This document shows, piece after piece, positions 24,161-42,900 of a stretch of 64,000 bases of DNA. This DNA is from Eledone cirrhosa (Eukaryota). Position numbers and translations under genes: made by a program. Where the stretch lies: NCBI GenBank assembly GCA_964016885.1, contig OZ024757.1, positions 744,001 to 808,000 on the forward strand, given 5' to 3'. A model generated the notes under the pieces. The model ran no database searches and was not told the origin of the DNA. It saw only the letters and a list, made by a program, of their open reading frames with translations. The stretch's first letter is position 1; each line of letters begins with the position of its first letter.

Positions 24161-27100
24161 ATCATCATCATTGTTTAACATCTATCTTCCACGCTAGCAT
24201 GGGTTTAGATGGGAATTGTCCCACTTGAGGCAAGATTGGTCAGCTCAACGTGTCACGGTCCAATAGGAAGGTCTGGCAGGTTTTCTACAGCTGGATGCCC
24301 TTCCTAACACCAACAACGTTTACTGTGTGGACTGGGAGGTTCTGCTGTGTTACCTACACAGCCACATTACAGTGTGGACTGTGTTTTTGTAGTGACACTT
24401 ACATGATCTCGATCTCATTATCTCATTTATTTGGACTGTATGTTGTGGTACCAACATAACTTTATAGAGAAAGGGGGGTAGTGGAATGGGGGTGTATATT
24501 TGGTTAAGAGGTGCCTACTGACTGTAGGTTTTGCTTTGTACATAGGCAAGGCGGGTCTTCTGTATTACTATATAGCGCCAAAGATCTCGGTTCAGTGACA
24601 TTGTCTTAGAGAGGTGTAAATGTGTAAGGTCGGAATTTATCAAATCGTCCCAGGTTTTACTGGGTCGACCTACTCCGTAACTTCCATCAATTCTGATCGC
24701 CCTGCACTTTTTTATACAGCTGTCGTTTTTCATGCACATCACATGACGATACCAACATAGTCTTCTCTCGAGTAAACAGCATCTGATCCCTCTTATTCCT
24801 AATTTCTCACTTAGTTCATTTATCCTTTGTCGTTCACGTATATTACTATTACACATCCAACGGGGCATACATGCTTCATTCCTCTCCAGTCTGTGCAGGT
24901 CCTCTGCACACAGTGCCCATGTCTCACTGCCATGTAACATTGCTGTTCGTATGCAGGCATCATAAAATCTGCTTTTCATTTTTAGAGAGAAACCTTTAGT
25001 GGCCAATAGTGGTATAAGCTCTCTGAACTTTTTCCATCCCGTTTTGACTCTGGCTACTGTACTTTCAGAGCACCCTCCACCACTGCTGATTTTGTCACCC
25101 AGGTAACGGAAGGTGACCACTATTTCTATAGAACCATCTGGGCAATAGAAGGAGCTAGTGTCCTGTAGGGACTTGCTACTTATTGCACCTGAGCATCAGC
25201 CACATATAAAATCTACATTCTTAGATAGCTTACCTGTGATCCCACTACATCTTTTATGTACTCATAGTTTGCATTTGGGACATAAAATGGAATTTCTGTC
25301 TACTCCTTTCCTACACACTGAGCATGGCCATTTCCCAGAGGGAACCTGTGCCCTATTTTCCTTTCTACATACTAGAAATTTAGTCTTAGACAAGTTAACT
25401 TTAAGGCCTTTTGATTCTAGGCCATGCTTCCATGTTTGGAATTTCTTCTCTAGTTCACCCATCGATTCTGCTATGAGAGTTAGATCATCTGCATATAGAA
25501 GTTCCCATTGGCAGCAAGTCTTGAACTCATCTGTTATAGCCTGAACGGCAATAATAAATAGGAGGGGGCTAAAGACAGAGCCTTAATGAACACCAACTTT
25601 TACGCTAAATTCTTCACTATATTCATTAATTCTAACCTTGCTGACTGTTTCTTTATACATGGCATGTATAGCTCTCACAAGCCATTCATCAACACCTAGT
25701 TTTCTAAGAGCCCACCAGATAATGGAGTGGGGGACTCTGTTAAAGGCTTTCTCCAAGTCAACAAAAGCTAAGTATAGGGGTTTACTTTTAGCTAGGTAAC
25801 TTTTGTAGTTGTTGTACAAGGAAAAGAGCATCTGTGGTACTTTTACCTGACACAAACCCAAACTGCATTTCATCTAGATCAATTCGCTCTCTGATTAGTT
25901 GTGCTATAACTCTTTCTGTGACCTTCATGACCTGGTCAACTAATTTAATGCCTCTATAGTTTCCCCTATCTAGGGCATCTCCTTTACCCTTGTAGCAGTT
26001 AATGATGATGCTGCTACGCCAGTCATTTGGTATGATCTCATTCTGTATGACTTGGTTTACTATCCGGGTGACCATAGTGTGTTCCACCATTCCAGATGCT
26101 TTGAGCATTTCAGCAACTATCTCCGAAGGCCCAGCTGCCTTGCCTGTCTTCATATCTTTGATTGCCTTACTTATTATACTACCTTTAACTTGCACTGCTG
26201 GTCCCTCTATTGGATCAATTTGGGGCAGACTATCTTTTTCCCATTTATTCTCCTCATTTAGTAGTCTTTCGTAGTGACACTTCCAAGCTACCTTCTTATC
26301 AGCATCAGTGATGGCAAGTACACCATCATCATTACGCTCACACTTCTCCCCGACAATATCACGGTTTTCCTTGACACATTGCCTAGCAATCCTGAACACC
26401 TCACGTTTTTGGTCCTCGCGTTGTAGAACATGCTCGAACTTTCTGTCCTCTGCTTCCCTTCTTGCAAAGTACATGTGTCTCCTAGCTTCTCTCCTGGCCA
26501 CTTGATAGTGTTCTCTACTTCCCCCATCCCGCTATACTTTCCAAGCCTGCTTTTTGGCCTTGATTGACTCCTCTACCTTACTGTTCCACCACCACGTTAC
26601 TCTCTTCCTGCCTATAGGTCTGCTCTAGCCACTGATCTCATCTTTTGCCTTCAGCAGGTTAACTTTCAGGAATTCCCCCTATTCCTCTATATTGTATATC
26701 TCTAATTGCTCTTCCTTACTGTCAAAAGCATCAAGTAATATGCTTTTAAATTTGTTACTGGCTGAGGGGTCCTTCAACTTCCATATTCTTCTCCTCAAGG
26801 TATTCTTTTATTGTTGAGTATGTCTAGTCCTGACTATGAGGTCACTAACTATGAGGCTATGTTGGGAGGTGCATTCTTCACGGGGGAGGGATTTAGTTTT
26901 TACAATAGACACTCTGTCACGTCTTCTGGTAAGGATATAATCTATCTGACTGGCATGTTCCCCTGATCTATAGGTGATCAAGTGATTGTCTCATTTTTTT
27001 AAGTTTGTGTTACAGAATTCCACGATTCTGAAGCCTTCCTCATTTCTAGTACCAAACCCATAGCCACCACGGATTCTGTCATAGCCGTCACAATGTTGTC

Positions 27101-27490
27101 CAACATGACTATTTAAGTTGCCAGCAATAATTATGTAGTCACTGTCGTTTATTTGGGAGGTAGTGAGCATTAGCGACTCATTGAATCTTTTATAATGCCA
27201 GGTAGTTCTATTTAGGACAAGTCTTATTTTAATTATTCTGTCATTCACTCTATTTACGTCAATTACCTTATCTACCCATTTTTCAGCTAACATAATTACT
27301 ACTCCACCCAGCCCATTGTCATTTCCCACCCAGAAAAGTTTATAGCATTGTATTTTACCCACAATAAATGTAGCAGTCCCACCCCTCCACCTGGTCTCTT
27401 GGACACAACACACATCAACTTCCTCATGTTGAAGCATCTCTACAACCTCGTTAGAGAGCTTTTTAAATGGCTACATTCATAGTACCAACT
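24161..27490 (-). mobile_element. Near full-length decayed RTE LINE (APE endonuclease plus RT)
   Basis: APE motifs VDVCCVQETRW and IIAGNLNSHVG; RT motifs NYRGIKL, FVDLEKAFNRV and FRYLGD. (CAT)n tail at 24161; several frameshifts. Confidence 0.92.
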
Positions 27491-28032
27491 CTGGATTTCC
27501 TTGGGTGGGTGGAAGGGACGGGTTGGTGGTGCAAGGAGGGGTGAGGGAGATGAGGTTATGTTCAGCCATCCGTGTCTGAAATAGAGAGGAGTCCTTGCAT
27601 TCTCGTCTGGCAACATTTATCTTTATCTTTGACATTGTCATTGAGTGTCCAGATTCTACAAACACTCCAAATTCTATAGTCCATCTAGCATATCAAAAGC
27701 AACCAAGTCTAAACTTAAGGAGTGATAGCCGAGGCAGTGGTTTTGTGGAAGAGATTGGTAAGAGAAACATAATTATAAGCCACTGAATTATGATTGGACC
27801 AAATAGTAATGGTGGCGTGGGGGGAGTTAACGAGAAGATTATTTTTATAAAGGACCTACAAATTTGACCATCATTATGAAAAGTTAAAGGGACAATATAA
27901 ATACTGATAGGTAAATTAGACCAAGAAAGATGGAGAGACAAGGAAATGAAGTGAAATACATTACATTTCTCAAAACAACAATTCGGCAACAGTAAGATTC
28001 GACACATTCTGATTCATAACTCTCGACAGGTT

Positions 28033-28078
<46 letters not shown>

Positions 28079-28280
28079 CATTATTCTACAGAGTACTCAA
28101 TACTTGAGATAGTAGAGCATGACAACTGAGCTGACAGCTTGCCATTGGAACAGCTAGTTCCATATATATATGTATATATATATATTATTGAAAGCCTATT
28201 GTGAACTACTGATGAGATTTGTGGCTGGAGCAATGCACCAGACTGACAGACATTGACAAATGTATATATGTCTATATATA

Positions 28281-29580
28281 GACATTACACAAGGTTGTAT
28301 AATGTAACATATGTATATATATGTCTATATATATATAGACATTACACAAGGTTGTATAATGTAACATATGTATATATATGTCTATATATATATAGACATT
28401 ACACAAGGTTGTATAATGTAACATATGTATATATATGTCTATATATAGACATTACACAAGGTTGTATAATGTAACATATGTATATATATGTCTATATATA
28501 GACATTACACAAGGTTGAATAATGTAACATGTGTATATATATGTCTATATATATATAGACATTACACAAGGTTGTATAATGTAACATATGTATATATATG
28601 TCTATATATAGACATTACACAAGGTTGTATAATGTAACATATGTATATATATGTCTATATATATATATAGACATTACACAAGGTTGTATAATATAACGTG
28701 TATATATATGTCTATATATATAGACATTACACAAGGTTGTATAATGTAATATTGACATATGTATATATATGTCTATATATATAGACATTACACAAGGTTG
28801 TATAATGTAATAGACATATGTATATATATGTCTATATATATAGACATTACACAAGGTTGTATAATGTAACATATGTATATATATGTCTGTATATATAGAC
28901 ATTACACAAGGTTGTATAATGTAACATATGTATATATATGTCTATATATATAGACATTACACAAGGTTGTATAATGTAATAGACATATGTATATATGTCT
29001 GTATATATAGACATTACACAAGGTTGTATAATGTAATGTTGATATATCTATATATATGTATGTATATATAGACATCACACAAGGTTGTATAATGTAATAT
29101 TAAGATATGTATATACATGTCTGTATATATAGACATCACACAAGGTTGTATAATGTAATATTGACATATGTATATGTATGTCTGTATATATAGACATTAC
29201 ACAAGGTTGTATAATGTAATATTGACATAAGTATATATATGTCTGTATATATAGACATCACACTAGGTTGTATAATGTAACATATATATATATATATATG
29301 TCTGTATATATAGACATCACACAAGGTTGTATAATGTAACATATATATATTTATGTCTATATATATATAGACATTACACAAGGTTATAAAATGTAATATA
29401 TATATGTCTGTATATATAGACATTACACACGGTTGTACAATGTAATAATGACATATGTATATATATATATATGTCTATATATATAGATATCATACAAGGT
29501 TGTACAATGTAATATTGACATATGTATATATGTCTGTATATATAGATATCATCCAAGGTTGTATGATTTAATATTGATAA
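28281..29580. repeat. ~57-bp minisatellite, uninterrupted paralog
   Basis: Same unit as 508-1250, with no LINE insertions. Confidence 0.95.
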
Positions 29581-30184
29581 CAAATTAAAAACTAAAGTTG
29601 ATTTTTCAATTAAATGTCTATATCTAGAGATTATTGATATAAAAGTCTAAAATTTTCTCTAATAAATCTATCTCTAGTATTTAAGTATTCTCTATTATCT
29701 CATACTGTTTCTTTCTTATTTCAGAATACCAGATGACATTGGGATAAATTTTTAAACCTTGGATACATCATCAACATTTATCATCAAAGACTAAAGTGTT
29801 TTATACACCACTGATATAACACTGATTATATAAATCTATGACTGACTTACTGTAAAATATTTCATCAGAAGTGAGTTTATTGGCAAATGTTCGTTTCTTC
29901 ACTATCTCGAATGAAGATTTTGTATTTTAATTAAACTTGGATGACAAAAGAAGATTTCATAATCTTCAGATATTAACTGAGATCAAAGTTGATAGAAATA
30001 TAGAATCAGACAATATTTCTAGAAATATAATATAAATATAACACAAGAAAAACGTCAATATACTTTGGTGAGAAGAAGAAACATTATGGAAAATAAGTTG
30101 GGTGAGAAGAAGGTTAAATGTGGAACACTGCCTAAAGGTATTAGTATTCCTAATGAGATAACAAAGAATAGAGGAAAGAAGCCA

Positions 30185-35320
<5,136 letters not shown>

Positions 35321-35561
35321 AATAAGACAAGATAAAAACCACACCAGTCACCCAGGATTGTGTCACCTATGTTGTAAATGTTCATAATAAAACTGGTTTA
35401 CTAAAAAATTACTCTCGTCACAGTTTATTTGTAGAAGATCTAACCAAGACTTGTGTTGAAACTACTGTATGGTTTAGAATTTACTAATTTAGTCAATTTA
35501 TTATCAAAGTTGAATATGTTCCCGAATGAATAGAAGGGATCACACACAGTTAACCCTGTAA

Positions 35562-36713
35562 AATGGTAAATAACTGAAAAGAGAGACTACCTCCAACTAA
35601 CCCCAAAGAGGGACCAGCTTTTGAAATAGATAGTTATAGGGTCAAAGAAGCAATCAACGGGAATAAAAATGGTAAAGCTGCTGTTCCATTAGAAATAACT
35701 GAGATGTTGAAAGATTCTGGGGAAATAGATGTCAAACTAGTCACGTACATAGTCAATCAGATAATATAGGATGGGGCCATACCGAATTACTGACATCGTC
35801 GTATACTAATATAATGCTATAAAGGAAAAGGTGAGGTACTAGAAAGGAGCAACTACTCAGGCATGAAACTAATGGAACAAGTAATAGAAATGTGAGAAAG
35901 AGTTTTAATACAACTACTTAGAGAAATAATCAAATTAGATGAGATGTTAGATTTTATGCCAGGGAGAAGTACTACAGATATACTCTTTTCTTAATGACAA
36001 AACTACAAGAGAAGTTACTAGCTAAGAATAAGCCTCTGTATCTAAATATTGTTCATGTGGAGAAGTCCTTTGACAGAGTATCTATCTGTCATCTGGTGGT
36101 CCTTAAGGAAACTAGGTGTAGGAGAATGCCTTGTAAGAGAAGTGCAAGCTATGTACAGAGAAACTGTTAGTAAAGTGTGTTTGGTTCTGAGTTTAGTGTG
36201 GAAATGTACAGGTAGGAGTCCAGAGTTCAGTCCTCAGCCCAATCCTGTTTATCATTATCCTTCAGGCCATCATAAAACAGTTTAACATTGGCAATCCCTG
36301 GGACGTCCTATGTGCTGATGATGTAGTACTCATAGCTGAATCTGTAGGAAAGTTAGGACGAAATTTCAAGCATGCAAGAAAAACCAAGAGGTGAAAGGAC
36401 TAAAAGTAAACTAAGCAAGCATATGATGTATGTAATGTTAGTGTGCATGAGTGAAATAGCATGAGAGGAATTGGATAGAGTGTGCAAGAGAGAAGACTGT
36501 GTTGGTATGGCAAATAGAAGGTGGATAAAGAAATACAGAGAAACCCCAGTAGCTAGGACCCTTGGAAGAGGTAGACCCAGGAAGACATGGTATGAGGCTG
36601 TGAAGACTGACCTTATAAAACTAAAGCTCACAACAGAAATGATAAAAGCCCATAGCTGCTGGTACTATGTTGTGCAAATGAAGACCTCATTAACAACATT
36701 GAATGTGGCCTAA
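35562..36713 (+). mobile_element. Old RTE fragment, paralog of 10141-11295
   Basis: Shares the same lesions and internal deletion. Confidence 0.85.
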
Positions 36714-36956
36714 CTTCTCATGTCCCCTTCACATCTTCCACTAACACGCCCTAACATCTATCTTCATCATCATTACACACCTAGAATCCTCAGCTGCTGC
36801 CCCCTTAAAAGCTCTGAGATACCCCCATTATCATGCCCTGGTTGTTACTCTCTTCCCTTTATACCCTTCACACTGGCTGCTGCACTCTCTACACCCCCCA
36901 TGGCTCCATATGTATTCATTTCCTTTCTACTGACACCCCGTCCTTAGATCCCCTCT

Positions 36957-39900
36957 CTATCTTACCCTAGTAGCTACAGTCTTCACTCCAATGTCACTAT
37001 CTCACCCTAGTAGCTACTGTCTTCACCCCAATGTCACTCTCACCCTAGTAGCTACTGTCTCCATCCTAATGTCACTATCTCACACTAGTAGCTATTATCT
37101 CCACCCCAATGTCACTATCTCACCCTAGTAACTACTGTCTCCACCCCAATGTCACTATCTCAACCTTGTATCTACTGACGTCACCCCAATGTCACTATCT
37201 CACCCTAGTAGCCTCTGTCTTCACCCCAATGTCACTATCTCACCCTAGTAGCTCTGTCTTCACCCCAATGTCACTATCTCACCCTAATAGCTACTGTCTC
37301 CACCCCAATGTCATTATCTCACCCTAGTAGCTGTTGTCTTCACCCCAATGTCACTATCTCACCCTAGTAGCTACTGTCTTCACACCAATGTCACTATCTC
37401 ACCCTAGTAGCTATTGTCTTCACCCCAATGTCACTATCTCACCCTAGTAGCTACTGTCTTCACCCTAATGTCACTATCTCACCCTGCAAGCTACTGTCTT
37501 TACCCCAATATCAGTATCTCACTCTAGTAGCTACTGTCTTCACCCCAATGTCACTATCTCACCGTAGTAGCTACTGTCTTCACCCTAATGTCACTATCTC
37601 ACCCTAGTAGCTACTGTCTTCACCCCAATGTCACTATCTCACCCTAGTAGCTACTGTCTTTACCCCAATGTCACTATCTCACCATAGTAGCTACTGTCTT
37701 CACCCTAATGTCACTATCTCAACCTAGTAGCTACTGTCTTCACCCCAACGTCACTGTCTCACCCTAGTAGCTACTGTCTCCACTCCAATGTCACTATCTC
37801 ACCCTAATAGCTATTGTCTCCACCCAAATGTCACTATCTCACCCTAGTAGCTACTCTCTTCACCCCAATGTCACTATCTCACCCTGCCAGCTACTCTCTT
37901 TACCCCAATATCAGTATCTCACTCTAGTAGCTTCTGTCTTCACCCCAATGTCACTATCTCACCCTAGTAGCTACTGTCTCCACCCTAATGTCACTATCTC
38001 ACACTAGTAGCTATTGACTCCACCCCAATGTCACTATCACCCTAGTAACTACTGTCTCCACCCCAATGTCACTATCTCAACCTTGTATCTACTGACGTCA
38101 CCCCAATGTCACTATCTCACCCAGTAGCCTCTGTCTTCACCCCAATGTCACTATCTCACCCAGTAGCCTCTGTCTTCACCCCAATGTCACTATCTCACCC
38201 TACTAGTTACTGTCTTCACCCTAATGTCCATCTCACACTTGTATCTACTGTCTTCACCCCAATGTCACTATCTCACTCTAGTAGACTCAGTCTTCACCCC
38301 AATGTCACTATCTCACCCTACTAGCTACTGTCTTCACCCTAATAGCTACTGTCTCCACCCCAATGTCATTATCTCCACCTCAATGTCACTATCTCACCCT
38401 AGTAGCTACTGTCTTCACCCCAATGTCACTATCTCACCCTACTGGTTACTGTCTTCACCCTAATGTCCATCTCACACTTGTATCTACTGTCTTCACCCCA
38501 GTGTCACTATCTCACTCTAGTAGCCTCAGTCTTCACCCCAATGTCACTATCTCACCCTAGTAGCTACTGTATTCACCTTAATGTCAGTATCTCACCGTAG
38601 TATCTACTCTCTTCACCCCAATGTCACTATCTCACCCTAGTAGCTACTGTCGTCACCCCAATGTCACTATCTCACCCTAGTAGCTACTGTCTTTACCCCA
38701 ATGTCACTATCTCACCATAGTAGCTACTGTTCTCACCCTAATGTCACTATCTCACCCTAGTAGCTACTGTCTCCACTCCAATGTCACTATCTGACCCTAG
38801 TAGCTACTGTCTCCACCCTAATGTCACTATCTCACCCTAGTAGCCACTGTCTTCACCCTAATGTCACTATCTCACCCTAGTATCTACTGTCTTCACCCCA
38901 ATGTCACTATCTCACCCTAGTAGCTACTGTCTCCACTCCAATGTCCCTAGCTGACCCTAGTAGCTACTGTCTTTACCCCAATGTCACTATCTCACCATAC
39001 TAGCTACTGTCTTCACCCTAATGTCACTATCTCACCCTAGTAGCTACTGTCTTCACCCCAATGTCACTATCTCACCCTAGTAGCTACTGTCTCCACTCCA
39101 ATGTCACTAGCTGACCCTAGTAGCTACTGTCTCCACTCCAATGTCACTATCTGACACTAGTAGCTACTGTCTTTACCCCAATGTCACTATCTCACCATAG
39201 TAGCTACTGTCTTCACCCTAATGTCACTATCTCAACCTAGTAGCTACTGTCTTCACCCCAATGTCACTGTCTCACCCTAGTAGCTACTGTCTCCACTCCA
39301 ATGTCACTATCTCACCCCAATAGCTATTTTCTCCACCCAAACGTCACTATCTCACCCTGCCAGCTACTGTCTTTACCCCAATATCAGTATCTCACTCTAG
39401 TAGCTACTGTCTTCACCCCAATGTCACTATCTCACCCTAGTAGCTACTGTCTTCACCCTAATGTCACTATCTCACCCTGCCAGCTACTGTCTTTACCCCA
39501 ATGTCACTATCTCACTATAGTAGCTACTGTCTTCACCCCAATGTTACTATCTCACCCTAGTAGCTACTGTCTCCACCCTAATGTCACTATCTCACACTAG
39601 TAGCTATTGTCTCCACCCCAATGTCACTATCTCACCCTACTAGTTACTGTCTTCACCCTAATGTCCATCTCACACTTGTATCTACTGTCTTCACCCCAAT
39701 GTCAATATCTCACTCTAGTAGCCTCAGTCTTCACCCCAATGTCACTATCTCACCCTACTAGCTACTGTCTTCACCCTAATAGCTACTGTCTCTACCCCAA
39801 TGTCATTATCTCACCCTAGTAGCTATTGTCTCCACCTCAATGTCACTATCTCACCCTAGTAGCTACTGTTTCCACCCTAATGTCACTATCTCACCCGAGT

Positions 39901-42900
39901 AGCTACTGTTTCCACCCTAACGTCACTATCACACCCCAGTAGCTATTGTCTCCACCCCAATGTCACTATCTCACCCTAGTAGCTACTGTATTCACCTTAA
40001 TGTCAGTATCTCACCGTAGTATCTACACTCTTCACCCCAATGTCACTATCTCACCCTAGTAGCTCTGTCTTCAACGCAATGTCACTATCTCACCCTAGTA
40101 GCTACTGACTTCACCCTAATTTCGCTATCTCACCCTAGTATCTACTGTCTTCACCCTAGTATCTACTGTCTTTACCCCAATGTCACTATCTCACCCTAGT
40201 AGCTACTGTCTTCACCCCAATATCACTATCTCACCCTAGTAGCTACTGTCGTCACCCCAATGTCACTATCTCACCCTAGTAGTTACTGTCTCCACTCCAA
40301 TGTCACTATCTCACCCTAGTAGCTACTGTCTTTACCCCAATGTTACTATCTCACCATAGTAGCTACTGTTCTCACCCTAATGTCACTATCTCACCCTAGT
40401 AGCTACTGTCTCCACTCCAATGTCACTATCTGACCCTAGTAGCTACTGTCTCCACCCCAATGTCACTATCTCACCCTAGTAGCTACTGTCTTCACCCTAA
40501 TGTCACTATCTCACCCTAGTAGCTACTGTCTTCACCCCAATGTCACTATCTCACCCTAGTAGCTACTGTCTCCACTCCAATGTCCCTAGCTGACCCTAGT
40601 AGCTACTGTCTCCACTCCAATGTCACTATCTCACCCTTGTAGCTACTGTCTTTACCCCAATGTCACTATCTCACCATACTAGATACTGTCTTCACCCTAA
40701 TGTCACTATCTCACCCTAGTAGCTACTGTCTTCACCCCAATGTCACTATCTCACCCTAGTAGCTACTGTCTCCGCTCCAATGTCACTAGCTGACCCTAGT
40801 AGCTACTGTCTCCACTCCAATGTCACTATCTGACCCTAGTAGCTACTGTCTTTACCCCAATGTCACTATCTCACCATAGTAGCTACTGTCTTCACCCTAA
40901 TGTCACTATCTCAACCTAGTAGCTACTGTCTTCACCCCAATGTCACTGTCTCACCCTAGTAGCTACTGTCTCCACTCCAATGTCACTATCTCACCCTAAT
41001 AGCTATTGTCTCCACCCAAATGTCACTATCTCACCCTAGTAGCTACTGTCTTCACCCCAATGTCACTATCTCACCCTGCCAGCTACTGTCTTTACCCCAA
41101 TATCAGTATCTCACTCTAGTAGCTACTGTCTTCACCCCAATGCCACTATCTCACCCTAGTAGCTACTGTCTCCACCCTAATGTCACTATCTCACCCTAGT
41201 AACTACTGTCTCCACCCCAATGTCACTATCTCAACCTTGTATCTACTGACATCACCCCAATGTCACTATCTCACCCAGTAGCCCCTGTCTTCACCCCAAT
41301 GTCACTATCTCACCCTACTAGTTACTGTCTTCACCCTAATGTCCATCTCACACTTGTATCTACTGTCTTCACCCCAATGTCACTATCTCACTCTAGTAGC
41401 CTCAGTCTTCACCCTAATGTCACTATCTCACCCTACTAGCTACTGTCTCCACCCCAATGTCATTATCTCACCCTAGTAGCTATTGTCTCCACCTCAATGT
41501 CACTATCTCACCCTAGTAGCTACTGTTTCCACCCTAATGTCACTATCACACCCCAGTAGCTATTGTCTCCACCCCAATGTCACTATCTCACCCTAGTAGC
41601 TACTGTATTCACCTTAATGTCAGTATCTCACCGTAGTATCTACACTCTTCCCCCCAATGTCACTATCTCACCCTAGTAGCTACTGTCTCCACCCTAATGT
41701 TACTATCTCACCCTAGTAGATACAGTCTTCACCCCAATGTCACTATCTCACCCTAGTATCTACTCTCTTCACCCCAATGTCACTATCTCAACCTACTAGC
41801 TACTGTCTTCACTCTAATAGCTACTGTCTCCACCCCAATGTCATTATCTCACCCTAGTAGCTATTGTCTCCACCTCAATGTCAATATCTCACCCTAGTAG
41901 CTACTGTCTTCACCCCAATGTCACTATCTCGCCCTAGTAGCTCTGTCTTCACTGCAATGTCACTATCTCACCCTAGTAGCTACTGACTTTACCCCAATGT
42001 CACTATCTCATCCTAGTAGCTACTGTCTTCACCCTAATGTCACTATCTCACCCTAGTAGCTACTGTCTCCACCCTAATGTTACTATCTCACCCTAGTAGC
42101 TACTATCTTTACCCCAATGTCACTATCTCACCCTGCCAGCTAGTGTCTTTACCCCAATGTCAGTATCTCACTCTAGTAGCTACTGTCTTCACCCTAGTAG
42201 CTATTGTCTCCACCCCAATGTCACTATCTCACCCTAGTAGCTAGTGTCTTCATCCTAATGTCACTATCTCACCCTAGTAGCCACTGTCTTCACCCTAATG
42301 TCACTATCTCACTCTAGTATCTACTGTCTTCACCCCAATGTCACTATCTCACCCTAATATCTATTGTCTCCACCCAAATGTCACTATCTCACCCTAGTAG
42401 CTACTGTCTTCACCCCAATGTCACTATCTCACCCTAGTAGCTACTGTCTCCACTCCAATGTCACTAGCTGACCCTAGTAGCTACTGTCTCCACTCCAATG
42501 TCACTATCTGACCCTAGTAGCTACTGTCTTTACCCCAATGTCACTATCTCACCATAGTAGCTACTGTCTTCACCCTAATGTCACTATCTCAACCTAGTAG
42601 CTACTGTCTTCACCCCAATGTCACTATCTCACCCTAGTACCTACTGTCTCCACCCTAATGTCACTATCTCACACTAGTAGCTATTGTCTCCACCCCAATG
42701 TCACTATCTCACCCTAGTAACTACTGTCTCCACCCCAATGTCACTATCTCAACCTTGTATCTACTGACGACACCCCAATGTCACTATCTCGCCCAGTAGC
42801 CTCTGTCTTCACCCCAATGTCACTATCACACCCCAGTAGCTATTGTCTTCACCCCAATGTCACTATCTCACCCTAGTAGCTACTGACTTCACCCTAATTT

